The position numbers and the translations under genes are program-made. Positions 17,840-26,790 of a stretch of 64,000 bases of DNA are shown piece after piece. The stretch comes from a candidate division WOR-3 bacterium (GTDB lineage: Bacteria > Hydrothermota > Tepidihabitantia > Tepidihabitantales > Tepidihabitantaceae), in assembly GCA_965649295.1 (NCBI GenBank), contig CBFGKH010000009.1, forward strand, positions 24,025-88,024, written 5' to 3'. A model generated the notes under the pieces. The model searched no databases. It saw only the letters and a program-made list of their open reading frames with translations, and was not told the origin of the DNA. How positions within the stretch are numbered: the first letter of the stretch is position 1; every line of letters begins with the position of its first letter.

Positions 17840-19423
17840 ATGAAAGTGACGCTGGCTGGTTTCAACATTGACAGCGAGCTGATTGATGTTTTGCGACGAA
17901 AACATCGTCTGCAACCGACGCCTGAAGTCATCTCTGCTGCGTACGCGCGGATCAGCCGGAGCAATAAGCCGATTGAGGAGCTGCGACGCGAGGCACGTCG
18001 TGAGCTGGACAAGGCGCGACGATCGAATCTGACGATTGTGTACGAGATGGGGCATCATTCGATTGCCGAACACGCAGTTTTCAATTTCGATGTCGAGGGC
18101 GTCTCGCGATTGGCGGTCGAAGCGTTGGAGCATCACCGGCTCAACGCTTACACCGAGCGTTCGCAACGGTATGTTCGGCTTGACGAACAGTTCATCGTGC
18201 CGGAGGAGATTCGCTCTAGCGACCTAGCAACAGACTTTGTGGCGGTGACGCAGGTTCAGTTGGCATTCTATCGCGAGCTGCTACCCAAACTGATAGCCTA
18301 CTTCAGGACAAAGACCGATGACCCCAGCCAAGCAGAGAACTGGGCGAAAGAGGATGCGCGCTACATCACGAACCTTGCCACGGCAACGCAACTAGGGATG
18401 ACGGTGAATGCCCGTAATCTCGAGCTAATGCTGCGAACGCTGGCCGCAAGCGAGCTTTGCGAGGTGTCTCAACTAGGGAGCGCCCTATATGAGCTAGCGG
18501 CGGCGGTTGCACCTTCGCTCATTCTTTTTCCGCAACCGACTCGTTATGAGAAGGCGACATACCCGCGCATCCGCGAGTTTGCCCAGAGCTTCATGGTGCC
18601 AGCATTCCCGCGTCGGCCGCGCAATTTCATCGCCCTGTCGGCTTCCGACGTGGTGCTAGTTGACTACACTCAGAACGCCGATAACAAATTGCTGGCTGCT
18701 CTGATGCACTCTGGCTCGCATGCCTCATTCGCCGAGTGCCTTAGCCGGACTGAGCGCCAGACGCTGGCACGCAAGAAGGAAGTGTTCAAGCTGGCCTGTC
18801 AAGATATGCAGGCCTATGATGCGGCGTTGCGTGAGTTCGAGCATCTCAATCTGACCTTTGAGGTCGTCCTGTCGGCATCGGCTTTTGCTCAGCTTAAGCG
18901 CCATCGGCTAATGTCGCTCACTGCTCAGGCCTATAGTCCAAGCCATGGCTGGACGATTCCGCAATCGGTCGCGGAAGTGAAGGAGCACAAGAACTTCAAG
19001 GACATTCTGACTCAGACCGAAGAGGTCTATGAACGAATCGCGGCGGTGAGTCCGGCTGCGGCGCAATATGTACTCACCAACTCGCATCAGCGACGGGTGC
19101 TGGTGACTGTTGACTGCCGTGAGCTCTATCATATGTCGCGATTACGCGAGGACCACACGGCGCAATGGGATATTCGTGACATTGTGGGCAGAATGGTTGA
19201 GCAGGCCCGTCACGTTATGCCGCTTGCCCTACTGCTGGCGGGCGGTAAGGATAATTATCCGAAGGTTTACGAGGAACTGTTTGGCAGACCGCCGGAGGTT
19301 ACTAAGCTTGAGTTGCCCGGGCCGCGGCCGCTGAGCAGTGCGCACCGAACTAAGCGTCCGAAGCGGCCGCGAACACCGTCAGCGACTGCTGGCGATTCTT
19401 CGGCTAGTGTTGAGGTGAGCTAG
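17840..19423 (+). CDS. ThyX-like flavin-dependent thymidylate synthase, tandem-duplicated domain
   Basis: 527 aa; first half has ThyX signature EHHRLNAYTERSQRY (RHR-X7-S..SQRY); second half has degenerate KRHRLMSLTAQAYS copy. Confidence 0.5.
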   Translation: MKVTLAGFNIDSELIDVLRRKHRLQPTPEVISAAYARISRSNKPIEELRREARRELDKARRSNLTIVYEMGHHSIAEHAVFNFDVEGVSRLAVEALEHHRLNAYTERSQRYVRLDEQFIVPEEIRSSDLATDFVAVTQVQLAFYRELLPKLIAYFRTKTDDPSQAENWAKEDARYITNLATATQLGMTVNARNLELMLRTLAASELCEVSQLGSALYELAAAVAPSLILFPQPTRYEKATYPRIREFAQSFMVPAFPRRPRNFIALSASDVVLVDYTQNADNKLLAALMHSGSHASFAECLSRTERQTLARKKEVFKLACQDMQAYDAALREFEHLNLTFEVVLSASAFAQLKRHRLMSLTAQAYSPSHGWTIPQSVAEVKEHKNFKDILTQTEEVYERIAAVSPAAAQYVLTNSHQRRVLVTVDCRELYHMSRLREDHTAQWDIRDIVGRMVEQARHVMPLALLLAGGKDNYPKVYEELFGRPPEVTKLELPGPRPLSSAHRTKRPKRPRTPSATAGDSSASVEVS

Positions 19424-19774
19424 ATGCAGGTATCGACCCAAGCCGACCTGATTGCTGCAGTCAGGAGCGGTGCAGCGGAGATAGTAGTAAGCGACCCGCG
19501 ACTTTGTCGCAAGGTCAGGCTTTGGTCAGCGCTGAGAACAGTTGCCAATCTCCTGGTGGTGGTTGTGTTAGCGGTGGCGATTTTCATCTGGGCCAATCCA
19601 CTGAATCTCTCCGAGTTCAAGGCTGGCTGGATGCTCAATCTGCGACGGATCATACTCGCCTTTGGTGTCCTGCTGCTCTTTGCTGACTACGTCATCCCGG
19701 TTGTTCGGCTCTACAAGATTGTTGGTCGGGATGGCAACGGGCTCAGGCTAGTTCCGAGAAAACCTACTAGTTAG
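19424..19774 (+). CDS. hypothetical small membrane protein
   Basis: 116 aa, two predicted hydrophobic helices (LLVVVVLAVAIFIWA; IILAFGVLLLFADYVIPVV); ATG immediately after upstream stop. Confidence 0.3.
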   Translation: MQVSTQADLIAAVRSGAAEIVVSDPRLCRKVRLWSALRTVANLLVVVVLAVAIFIWANPLNLSEFKAGWMLNLRRIILAFGVLLLFADYVIPVVRLYKIVGRDGNGLRLVPRKPTS

Positions 19775-19780
19775 CTGCGG

Positions 19781-21856
19781 CTAGCGCTGTTCGGCGAAGA
19801 GGGGGTAGAGTCGCTCCCGCGTCGCCTGGTCAACTGGGCTGAAACGGCAAAACTGCATGGAGTTTGTGGCCCGGCCTTGGGTCAGGGAGCGCAGAGCAGT
19901 GGCATAGCCGAAAGTCTTGGCTAGCGGCAATTCGGCGGTGACGATCTGGTGACCCTTCACCGGCTCCAAACGGATGACGCGGCCGTCGCGGCTGGTGATG
20001 TCGTTTAGCACAGCGCCTAAAAAGTTTTCTGGTGTCACAACTTCGAGCAGCATTATCGGTTCGAGGAAAGTTGGGGACGCAGCCATGAAGGCGTCGCGAA
20101 AAGCAGCAGCTGCGGCAACTTTGAAGTCAACGTCCATGGAATCTACTTCGTGGTACTCAGCGTCCTGTATTCTGGTGCTCACACCAACGATCGGATAGCC
20201 GGCGAGAACACCTGCCTCGTAGGATTCCCGAACTGCCTGTTCGATTGCCGTGACAAACTGCTTAGGAATCTTCCCAGCGGGAATTGCGGTAACAACGCTG
20301 TTCTCACCAGTGCTTGGTTCGACCGCCAGCTTGACGATTGCAAAGTGTCCGTGACCGCCGCTTTGGCGGATGAACCGACCTTCAGCAGTTGCCGTTGCGG
20401 TGATTGTTTCTCGATAGGAAACCTGCGGTCGTCCAGGATGAACCTCGACTTTGTAGTCACGCTGCAGCCGATCAAGCAAGATTTCGAGATGCAGCTCACC
20501 CATGCCCGACAAGATTAGCTGACCAGTTTCCTCGTCGGTCCGTACTTTGAAAGTCGGGTCCTCGAGCGCGAGCGTTTCAAGAGCGGTGTGCAGTTTTTCT
20601 TCATCAGCCTTAGTACGTGGTTCGACAGCAAGAAAAACGACTGGCTCCGGAAAGTTGATTGGTTCAAAGGCTATTGGGTGTGACAGGCTCGCCAGAGTCT
20701 GGCCGGTGCGTGTCTCCTTCATGCCAACGACGGCGCCAATCTCGCCGGCGCTGAGCGTTGTTGTTTCTTGGGGACGGTTGGCATGCATAATCACGAGTTT
20801 TGGCACCCGTACTCGCTTCATCGTTGGCACGGCCATTACGACATCGCCTTGCTGAACGCAACCCGAATAGACTCGGATGTAGTTCAGCATTCCGCGCATC
20901 GGGTCGGCTGCGAGCTTGAAGATTAGCGCCGCAAAGGGCGCAGCCGGGTCAGGGGGCCGCGATTCAGGGTTGCCGGTGAGTGGATTTTTGCCGGTTATCG
21001 GCGGCACGTCGAGAGGTGATGGTAGATAGTCAACGATGCCGTCGAGCAGCTTCTGGATGCCTTTGTTCTTGAAGGCAGTTCCACAGAACACAGGGACGAC
21101 CTTTAGGCTGAGTGTGCCGCGACGGATGGCGGCAACGAGGTCAGAGGCAGTAACAGAATCGCCACCCAGGTAGATTTCAAGGAGTCTCTCATCGAATGTG
21201 GTAATGACGTCAATGAGATGGTGCCGCGCCGCAGCGAGTTCGGCTTGACGTTCTTCGGGTATCGGCACTTCTTCGAACGTTGCCCCAAGGTCGTCGGTAT
21301 GCCAGACAAATGCCTTTTCAGCAACCACATCGATAACTCCTCGAAACTCGTCCTCGGTTCCAATCGGCAACTGCACCGGCAGTGGCACCTGTTCAAACTT
21401 TTCGCTCATCATCTTGACCACCCGATAGAAATCAGCGCCGACGCGGTCGAGCTTGTTAACGAAAGCGATGCGCGGGACGCGGTAGCGATCAGCCTGTCGC
21501 CAGACAGTCTCGGACTGTGGTTCCACACCACCGACTGCACAGAAAACGATGACAGCGCCGTCCAGAACTTTGAGTGAGCGCTCGACCTCGATGGTGAAGT
21601 CGACGTGGCCCGGAGTATCAATGATATTGATGTGGTGACCACGCCACTGGACGGCTGTAGCGGCCGCGGTTATCGTAATTCCGCGCTCGCGTTCTTGAAT
21701 CATCCAATCCATTTGGGTCGTGCCGGCATCGATCTCGCCCATACGGTGGATTCTGCCCGAGTAGTAAAGGATACGCTCGGTGGTTGTCGTCTTACCGGCG
21801 TCAATATGTGCAGCGATGCCGATGTTTCGAACGTAGCGCAGATCAAGTGCGGCCAT
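19781..21856 (-). CDS. fusA: elongation factor G (paralog, outside str operon context)
   Basis: 691 aa; [16 protein letters not shown]1 motif, DTPGHVDF, full five-domain EF-G length. Confidence 0.85.
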   Translation of the reverse strand: MAALDLRYVRNIGIAAHIDAGKTTTTERILYYSGRIHRMGEIDAGTTQMDWMIQERERGITITAAATAVQWRGHHINIIDTPGHVDFTIEVERSLKVLDGAVIVFCAVGGVEPQSETVWRQADRYRVPRIAFVNKLDRVGADFYRVVKMMSEKFEQVPLPVQLPIGTEDEFRGVIDVVAEKAFVWHTDDLGATFEEVPIPEERQAELAAARHHLIDVITTFDERLLEIYLGGDSVTASDLVAAIRRGTLSLKVVPVFCGTAFKNKGIQKLLDGIVDYLPSPLDVPPITGKNPLTGNPESRPPDPAAPFAALIFKLAADPMRGMLNYIRVYSGCVQQGDVVMAVPTMKRVRVPKLVIMHANRPQETTTLSAGEIGAVVGMKETRTGQTLASLSHPIAFEPINFPEPVVFLAVEPRTKADEEKLHTALETLALEDPTFKVRTDEETGQLILSGMGELHLEILLDRLQRDYKVEVHPGRPQVSYRETITATATAEGRFIRQSGGHGHFAIVKLAVEPSTGENSVVTAIPAGKIPKQFVTAIEQAVRESYEAGVLAGYPIVGVSTRIQDAEYHEVDSMDVDFKVAAAAAFRDAFMAASPTFLEPIMLLEVVTPENFLGAVLNDITSRDGRVIRLEPVKGHQIVTAELPLAKTFGYATALRSLTQGRATNSMQFCRFSPVDQATRERLYPLFAEQR

Positions 21857-21927
21857 GGGGCTGATACTCTATTGACCGGCAACGGATAGTCAAGAAGCCG
21901 GCAACCACCGGACGAGTGGCCATAGCC

Positions 21928-21955
21928 TTGACTTGGCAGGCAGTTGGACTATTCT
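21928..21955 (+). promoter_or_regulatory. possible sigma-70 promoter upstream of hydrogenase genes
   Basis: TTGACT-N16-TATTCT; about 30 nt upstream of GGAGG SD at 21975-21979. Confidence 0.2.
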
Positions 21956-21985
21956 CTCAGCCCTTACCTACCATGGAGGCAATGA

Positions 21986-22963
21986 TTGCCTGACAAGTTC
22001 AAATTCGGGTTCTACTGGGCGGCCTCTTGTGGAGGCTGCGAGATCGCCGTGCTCGATATGAACGAGAAGATTCTTGAAGTGATCGAGCGGGCCGAGATCG
22101 TCCTTTGGCCAGTGGCGATGGATACGAAGTATGACGACGTCCGCCAGATGCCTGACCGGTGGATCGATGTCTGTTTTTTCAATGGCTCAGTGCGCAATTC
22201 CGAACAACTGGAGCTAGCCGAACTACTACGCAAAAAGAGCAAGATACTCGTCGCGTTCGGGTCGTGTGCGCATCACGGCTGCATTCCAGGGCTTGCAAAC
22301 CTCTCCAATCGCAAGCAGATTCTCGACCATGTGTATACCGAGGAGGTCTCGGTCGAGAACCCCGACAGGACGGTTCCGCGGGTTAGAACCAGTGTTCCTG
22401 AGGGAGAGCTAGCGCTGCCGGAGTTCTTCGACAGGGTGTCGCCGCTCGCTGGGGTTGTTGACGTGGACTACTATCTGCCTGGTTGTCCGCCGCCGGTGCC
22501 GCTGATCGTTGGTGCTGTCCAGGCGATATTTGACGGAAAGCTCCCGGCGAAGGGTGCGGTGTTGGCGCCGGTTAAGGCGCTTTGCGACGAGTGCGACCGT
22601 AACCTGCACGCAGCCAAGAAGATGCCAGATATTAAACGGGCCTATGAGATTCAAGCAGATTCCAAGCGGTGCTTTCTAGAGCAGGGTATCATATGCATGG
22701 GTCCGGTGACTCGGGCTGGCTGCGGTCAGCGCTGCATCAATGGCAACTGGCCGTGTACCGGTTGCATGGGGCCCACGCCTGAAGTTAGTGACCAGGGCGG
22801 GAAGATGATTTCAGCTCTGAGTTCGATCCTGCGCGTGGATGACGAGAAAGATATCTCTCGTGCCGATACCGAGAAGCTGCTGTCTGGAGTGAAGGACCCG
22901 GTGGGCACGTTCTACATGTACAGCTTCGCTAGCGCGACCATCAATCGCCGGAGGCAGCAGTGA
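21986..22963 (+). CDS. [NiFe]-hydrogenase small subunit, cytoplasmic (group 3-like, no Tat signal)
   Basis: TTG start with GGAGG SD; N-terminal CGGCE proximal-cluster motif, C-terminal Cys-rich region (CDECDRNLH...CMGPVTRAGCGQRC...CTGCMGP); no RRxFxK twin-arginine motif. Confidence 0.75.
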   Translation: MPDKFKFGFYWAASCGGCEIAVLDMNEKILEVIERAEIVLWPVAMDTKYDDVRQMPDRWIDVCFFNGSVRNSEQLELAELLRKKSKILVAFGSCAHHGCIPGLANLSNRKQILDHVYTEEVSVENPDRTVPRVRTSVPEGELALPEFFDRVSPLAGVVDVDYYLPGCPPPVPLIVGAVQAIFDGKLPAKGAVLAPVKALCDECDRNLHAAKKMPDIKRAYEIQADSKRCFLEQGIICMGPVTRAGCGQRCINGNWPCTGCMGPTPEVSDQGGKMISALSSILRVDDEKDISRADTEKLLSGVKDPVGTFYMYSFASATINRRRQQ

Positions 22964-24429
22964 GCAGGCGCATTACTATTGACCCGATAACCCGACTGGA
23001 AGGCCACGGCAAGATTGAGATATTCCTGAATGATACGGGCGATGTCGAAAATGCCTATCTGCAGGTGCCAGAGTTGCGCGGATTCGAGCAGTTCTGTCGC
23101 GGGCGCAAGGCTGAGGACATGCCTCAGCTCACAAGCCGCATCTGTGGGGTTTGTCCAGTAGCTCATCATTATGCCAGCGCTAAGGCGCTCGATGACGCGT
23201 TTGGCGTTGAGCCGACCCTAACTGCCAAGAAACTTAGGGAGCTAATTTACTGCGGCTATGTCATTTACGACCACATTTTGCATTTCTATTTCCTCGGGGG
23301 ACCTGATTTCGTGGTCGGGCCGGATGCACCCAGAGCCAAGCGTAACATCATCGGTGTAATTGAGAAGGTTGGGCTAGAAACGGCGCGCGAGGTCATCAAG
23401 CATCGTGCCTACGGCCAGAAGATAACCGAGATTCTTGGCGGCAAGCCGACTCATCCGGTGTCGGGCATCCCCGGTGGCCAGACGAAGGGTCTTAGTGAGG
23501 AAGAACGCAAGCAGATAGAGGAGATGGCCCGGTCGTGCGTGGATTTTGCCGAGTTCAGCCTGAACTTGTTTGCGGATGTGGTTCTCGCCAACAAGCAGTA
23601 CATGGCACTCATTACGAACCCCAGGCTTGGACACAGTATCTACAACATGGGGTTGGTCGATGAAAAGAACCAATTGAACTTCTACGACGGCGACATCCGC
23701 GTGACCGACCAACAGGGTAAGGAGTTCCTGCGGTTCCGGGCGCAAGACTATGTGGCGCACATTGCTGAACACGTGCTTGAGTGGAGCTACATCAAGGTAC
23801 CGTACCTGAGGAAAGTTGGGTTCAAGGGCCTAGTCGATGGGCCAGATTCGGGTCTCTACCGCGTCGGCCCGCTGGGCCGGTTGAATGCGGCCGATGGGAT
23901 GGCAACTCCGAAGGCCGACGCTGCCTACCAGCAGTTCTTCAAGACGTTCGGCACCAAGCCGGTTAACTCGACCTTGGCGTTCCATTGGGCGCGGCTAATC
24001 GAACTACTGTATGCCTCCGAGCGCGCCCTGGAGCTAGCCACTGACCCGGGTATAACTGCCAGTGATATCCGGAACATGAACTTCAAAATGAAGCCTGAGG
24101 GTTTTGGTGTTGTGGAGGCCGCGCGCGGCACGCTCTTCCATCACTACAAGCTGACCGATGACCGGCTTGTGGATGATGTGAACCTGATCGTGGCGACGAC
24201 CAACAACACCGGGGCTATCTGTATGTCGGTGCGCGAGGCGGCGAAAGAGTTTATCCATAGCGGTAAGGCCGATAACGGTCTGCTTAATACTATCGAGATG
24301 TTCTTCCGGGCGTATGACCCCTGTTTCGGCTGCGCGAGCCACGTGGCTGGTAGGCCGGCAGTAACTATTGAGCTGCGCGGTCCGGACGGTGAACTCGTGC
24401 AGCGACTGGCCGACGCCGGAGGCGAATAG
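22960..24429 (+). CDS. [NiFe]-hydrogenase large subunit
   Basis: 489 aa; N-terminal RICGVCPVAHH (L1) and C-terminal DPCFGCASH (L2) Ni-binding motifs; GTG overlaps small-subunit stop. Confidence 0.85.
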   Translation: MSRRITIDPITRLEGHGKIEIFLNDTGDVENAYLQVPELRGFEQFCRGRKAEDMPQLTSRICGVCPVAHHYASAKALDDAFGVEPTLTAKKLRELIYCGYVIYDHILHFYFLGGPDFVVGPDAPRAKRNIIGVIEKVGLETAREVIKHRAYGQKITEILGGKPTHPVSGIPGGQTKGLSEEERKQIEEMARSCVDFAEFSLNLFADVVLANKQYMALITNPRLGHSIYNMGLVDEKNQLNFYDGDIRVTDQQGKEFLRFRAQDYVAHIAEHVLEWSYIKVPYLRKVGFKGLVDGPDSGLYRVGPLGRLNAADGMATPKADAAYQQFFKTFGTKPVNSTLAFHWARLIELLYASERALELATDPGITASDIRNMNFKMKPEGFGVVEAARGTLFHHYKLTDDRLVDDVNLIVATTNNTGAICMSVREAAKEFIHSGKADNGLLNTIEMFFRAYDPCFGCASHVAGRPAVTIELRGPDGELVQRLADAGGE

Positions 24430-24448
24430 CAGCAGAGAACCGTGCTGG

Positions 24449-25327
24449 ATGGCCTGTGAACTGACCATCGTCTTCGTTAACCACAACTCGGCGCGGCTGC
24501 TCAGCCGCGCTTTGAGTTCACTGCGACGGGCCGAGCCGCAGCTGGATCTTGAGGCGCTGGTTGTTGACAATGCATCTGATGACAGACAGGAGCTGGTCAC
24601 GGTCTGCCGCAAGCATAACGCCCGACTCCTGCGATTAAGCCGTAACCTCGGTTACGGTGCCGCCTTCAATCGCGGATTTCGTCATGCTTCTGGTCGGTAT
24701 GTTGCCGTCGCCAACCCTGATCTGGTTTTTGACTCACCAGCAGTCAGCGGTTTGGTGCGATTCCTCGATGTGAATCCTTCAATTGGTGCGGTATCGCCAC
24801 AGCTCGTCTATGCCGATGGTGCGCCGCAGCCGACCGCTCGACGTCTGCCACGTTTGCGGTACGTATTGGCTGGTCGACGCTCGCCGCTGCTACGGCTTCT
24901 ACCTCGCTATGCACCGGCGCGTGACTTTCTCTATGCAACTGCCTATCAATCCGCGACCTGGCTTTCAGTTGAGGCTCTAATCGGTGCCTTCGTGATGTTT
25001 CGGCGTGAGGCGCTGGACACGGTGCATGGATTTGACGAGGGTTTCTTCATGTACGCTGAGGACTTGGACATCTGTCGCCGTCTGCGAGAAGCAGGCTGGG
25101 ATGTAGTGTTGCATCCTGGATTGCGTGTGACCCATCACTATGGCGCGGTGCGGCGGCAGCGGCCAGAGTTCAGCGACTTTCAGCGTCTGAAGGCGCTCTG
25201 CCGCTACTTCAGCTTGGATTCTGGCTTGTTCGGCCGATTATTTTTTCGCGTGGCCTTTGCTTGGTACTTGTTCTTGTCCGCGGCCGGTTGGTTGGTCAAC
25301 TTGCGGGAGTACGAGTACTCTTGGTAG
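24449..25327 (+). CDS. glycosyltransferase family 2
   Basis: LTIVFVNHNSARLL N-terminus, DNASDD and downstream GT2-A fold pattern; start taken at second Met to avoid overlap with hydrogenase gene. Confidence 0.7.
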   Translation: MACELTIVFVNHNSARLLSRALSSLRRAEPQLDLEALVVDNASDDRQELVTVCRKHNARLLRLSRNLGYGAAFNRGFRHASGRYVAVANPDLVFDSPAVSGLVRFLDVNPSIGAVSPQLVYADGAPQPTARRLPRLRYVLAGRRSPLLRLLPRYAPARDFLYATAYQSATWLSVEALIGAFVMFRREALDTVHGFDEGFFMYAEDLDICRRLREAGWDVVLHPGLRVTHHYGAVRRQRPEFSDFQRLKALCRYFSLDSGLFGRLFFRVAFAWYLFLSAAGWLVNLREYEYSW

Positions 25328-25344
25328 CCACGGGGAGCGGTGCG

Positions 25345-26730
25345 ATGACACGATTGCGAAGCTTGGTGAGCGTGGCTGTGCTTGTTCTCGGTGATCTGCT
25401 TGCCGTGGCAATCAGCTACGTTCTCGGTTATCTGACTCGCAACCTCGTTTTTACTGGGATGCTGCATGTTGTCCCGTTGGCGCTCCCTTTCGAAGCAATC
25501 GGCGACAAGTTCTACGTGTTGGCTGCGTATCCGTTTGTTTTCGCCTATGAGGGTTTGTACACCAAGCGGTTGCTCGGTTGGGAGGAGACGCGACGCTATC
25601 TCCGGGGTGTGTTCGTTGCAACTGCGCTTGTGATGATACTGCTCTTTCTCTGGCGCTACTGGATCGTGTCGCGGCTCGCGGTTGTTCTAGCAATGGTCTA
25701 CTGCATCATATTGGCACCGGTGATGCGCGCAGCAGTCAAGCGGTTGCTGGTTTTGTCCGGCTTGGCGACCAAACCGCTGGTGTTGTTAGGAGGGGGCAGC
25801 GCTGCTGAGCGTTTCTGCCAGGAGCTCATTCGTCACCGAGCGCTGGGTTATGTGATTGCGCAGCGAGTAGTCCGTGAACAGCCTGGTCAGTCGGTTGCGA
25901 AAATGCTGGAGCAAGTCAAGACCGACAACGTGTCGCTGGTCGTCGTGTCGGATGCGTTTACTCCTGAGGAATTGCGTGAGCTTTTTGTCATGGCTGAGCA
26001 ACGTTTCGCTGAGCTCATGGTAGTACCGAATGAGGCGCTCCTCCAGACCGCGACCGGCGATGTTGAGCAAATCGGTAACGTGCTGGTGATGAAATACCAT
26101 TACAACCTACTGCGACCACTGAATCGCTACCTGAAGCGGCTTTTTGAAATCGGCCTCGCCACTGTGCTTGTGGTGTTGCTAGCACCGTTGCTTGGGGTGT
26201 TGTCCCTCTTGGTGGCAATCTCGTCGCCCGGGCCCGTCTTTTTCCGGCAACGCCGCATCGGTCGCTTTGGTCGGGAGTTCGATTGCCTCAAGTTTCGGAC
26301 AATGTATGTTGACGCCGAGGTCCGACTGAGCGAGCTGCTGGAGTCAGATCCGGTAGTTCGTTCCGAGTATGAGACTTATGCACGAATCACGAACGACCCG
26401 CGGGTGACTCGCGTCGGCCGATTCTTGCGTCGCTCGAGCCTGGACGAGCTGCCGCAGCTAATCAACGTGCTACGGGGAGAGATGGCGGTGGTGGGTCCGC
26501 GGCCATATCTGCCGGCTGAAGTGCCCAAGATTGGCAAGTATTACGATACGATTACCCGCGTGCGACCGGGGATTACTGGCCTATGGCAGGTGTCAGGTCG
26601 CTCAGAGCTGCCGTTTCGGGAGCGCTGTATCCTTGATGACTACTACATTCGTAACTGGTCGCTGTGGATGGATTTTTCAATACTGCTTCGTACTGTGCGG
26701 GCGGTGCTGACTGGCCGGGGCGCCTACTGA
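25345..26730 (+). CDS. polyprenyl-phosphate sugar phosphotransferase (WbaP/EPS bacterial sugar transferase family)
   Basis: Multiple N-terminal TM helices then conserved C-terminal domain ([20 protein letters not shown]...[22 protein letters not shown]). Confidence 0.8.
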   Translation: MTRLRSLVSVAVLVLGDLLAVAISYVLGYLTRNLVFTGMLHVVPLALPFEAIGDKFYVLAAYPFVFAYEGLYTKRLLGWEETRRYLRGVFVATALVMILLFLWRYWIVSRLAVVLAMVYCIILAPVMRAAVKRLLVLSGLATKPLVLLGGGSAAERFCQELIRHRALGYVIAQRVVREQPGQSVAKMLEQVKTDNVSLVVVSDAFTPEELRELFVMAEQRFAELMVVPNEALLQTATGDVEQIGNVLVMKYHYNLLRPLNRYLKRLFEIGLATVLVVLLAPLLGVLSLLVAISSPGPVFFRQRRIGRFGREFDCLKFRTMYVDAEVRLSELLESDPVVRSEYETYARITNDPRVTRVGRFLRRSSLDELPQLINVLRGEMAVVGPRPYLPAEVPKIGKYYDTITRVRPGITGLWQVSGRSELPFRERCILDDYYIRNWSLWMDFSILLRTVRAVLTGRGAY

Positions 26731-26790
26731 TAATGTTTGACTGGCCAACGGTGAAGGTTACGCTTACATCCTACGGTGCTGATTAGCAAC

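Noticed and set aside
20150-20518. Multiple 60-120-aa ORFs antisense to fusA, porU, the OFOR genes and the 1041-aa gene
   Set aside because: Embedded in the opposite strand of strongly supported long genes, a typical high-GC artefact. No independent evidence.
22960-24429. Selenocysteine-containing [NiFeSe] hydrogenase
   Set aside because: C-terminal Ni-binding motif is DPCFGCASH with an ordinary Cys codon and no in-frame TGA.
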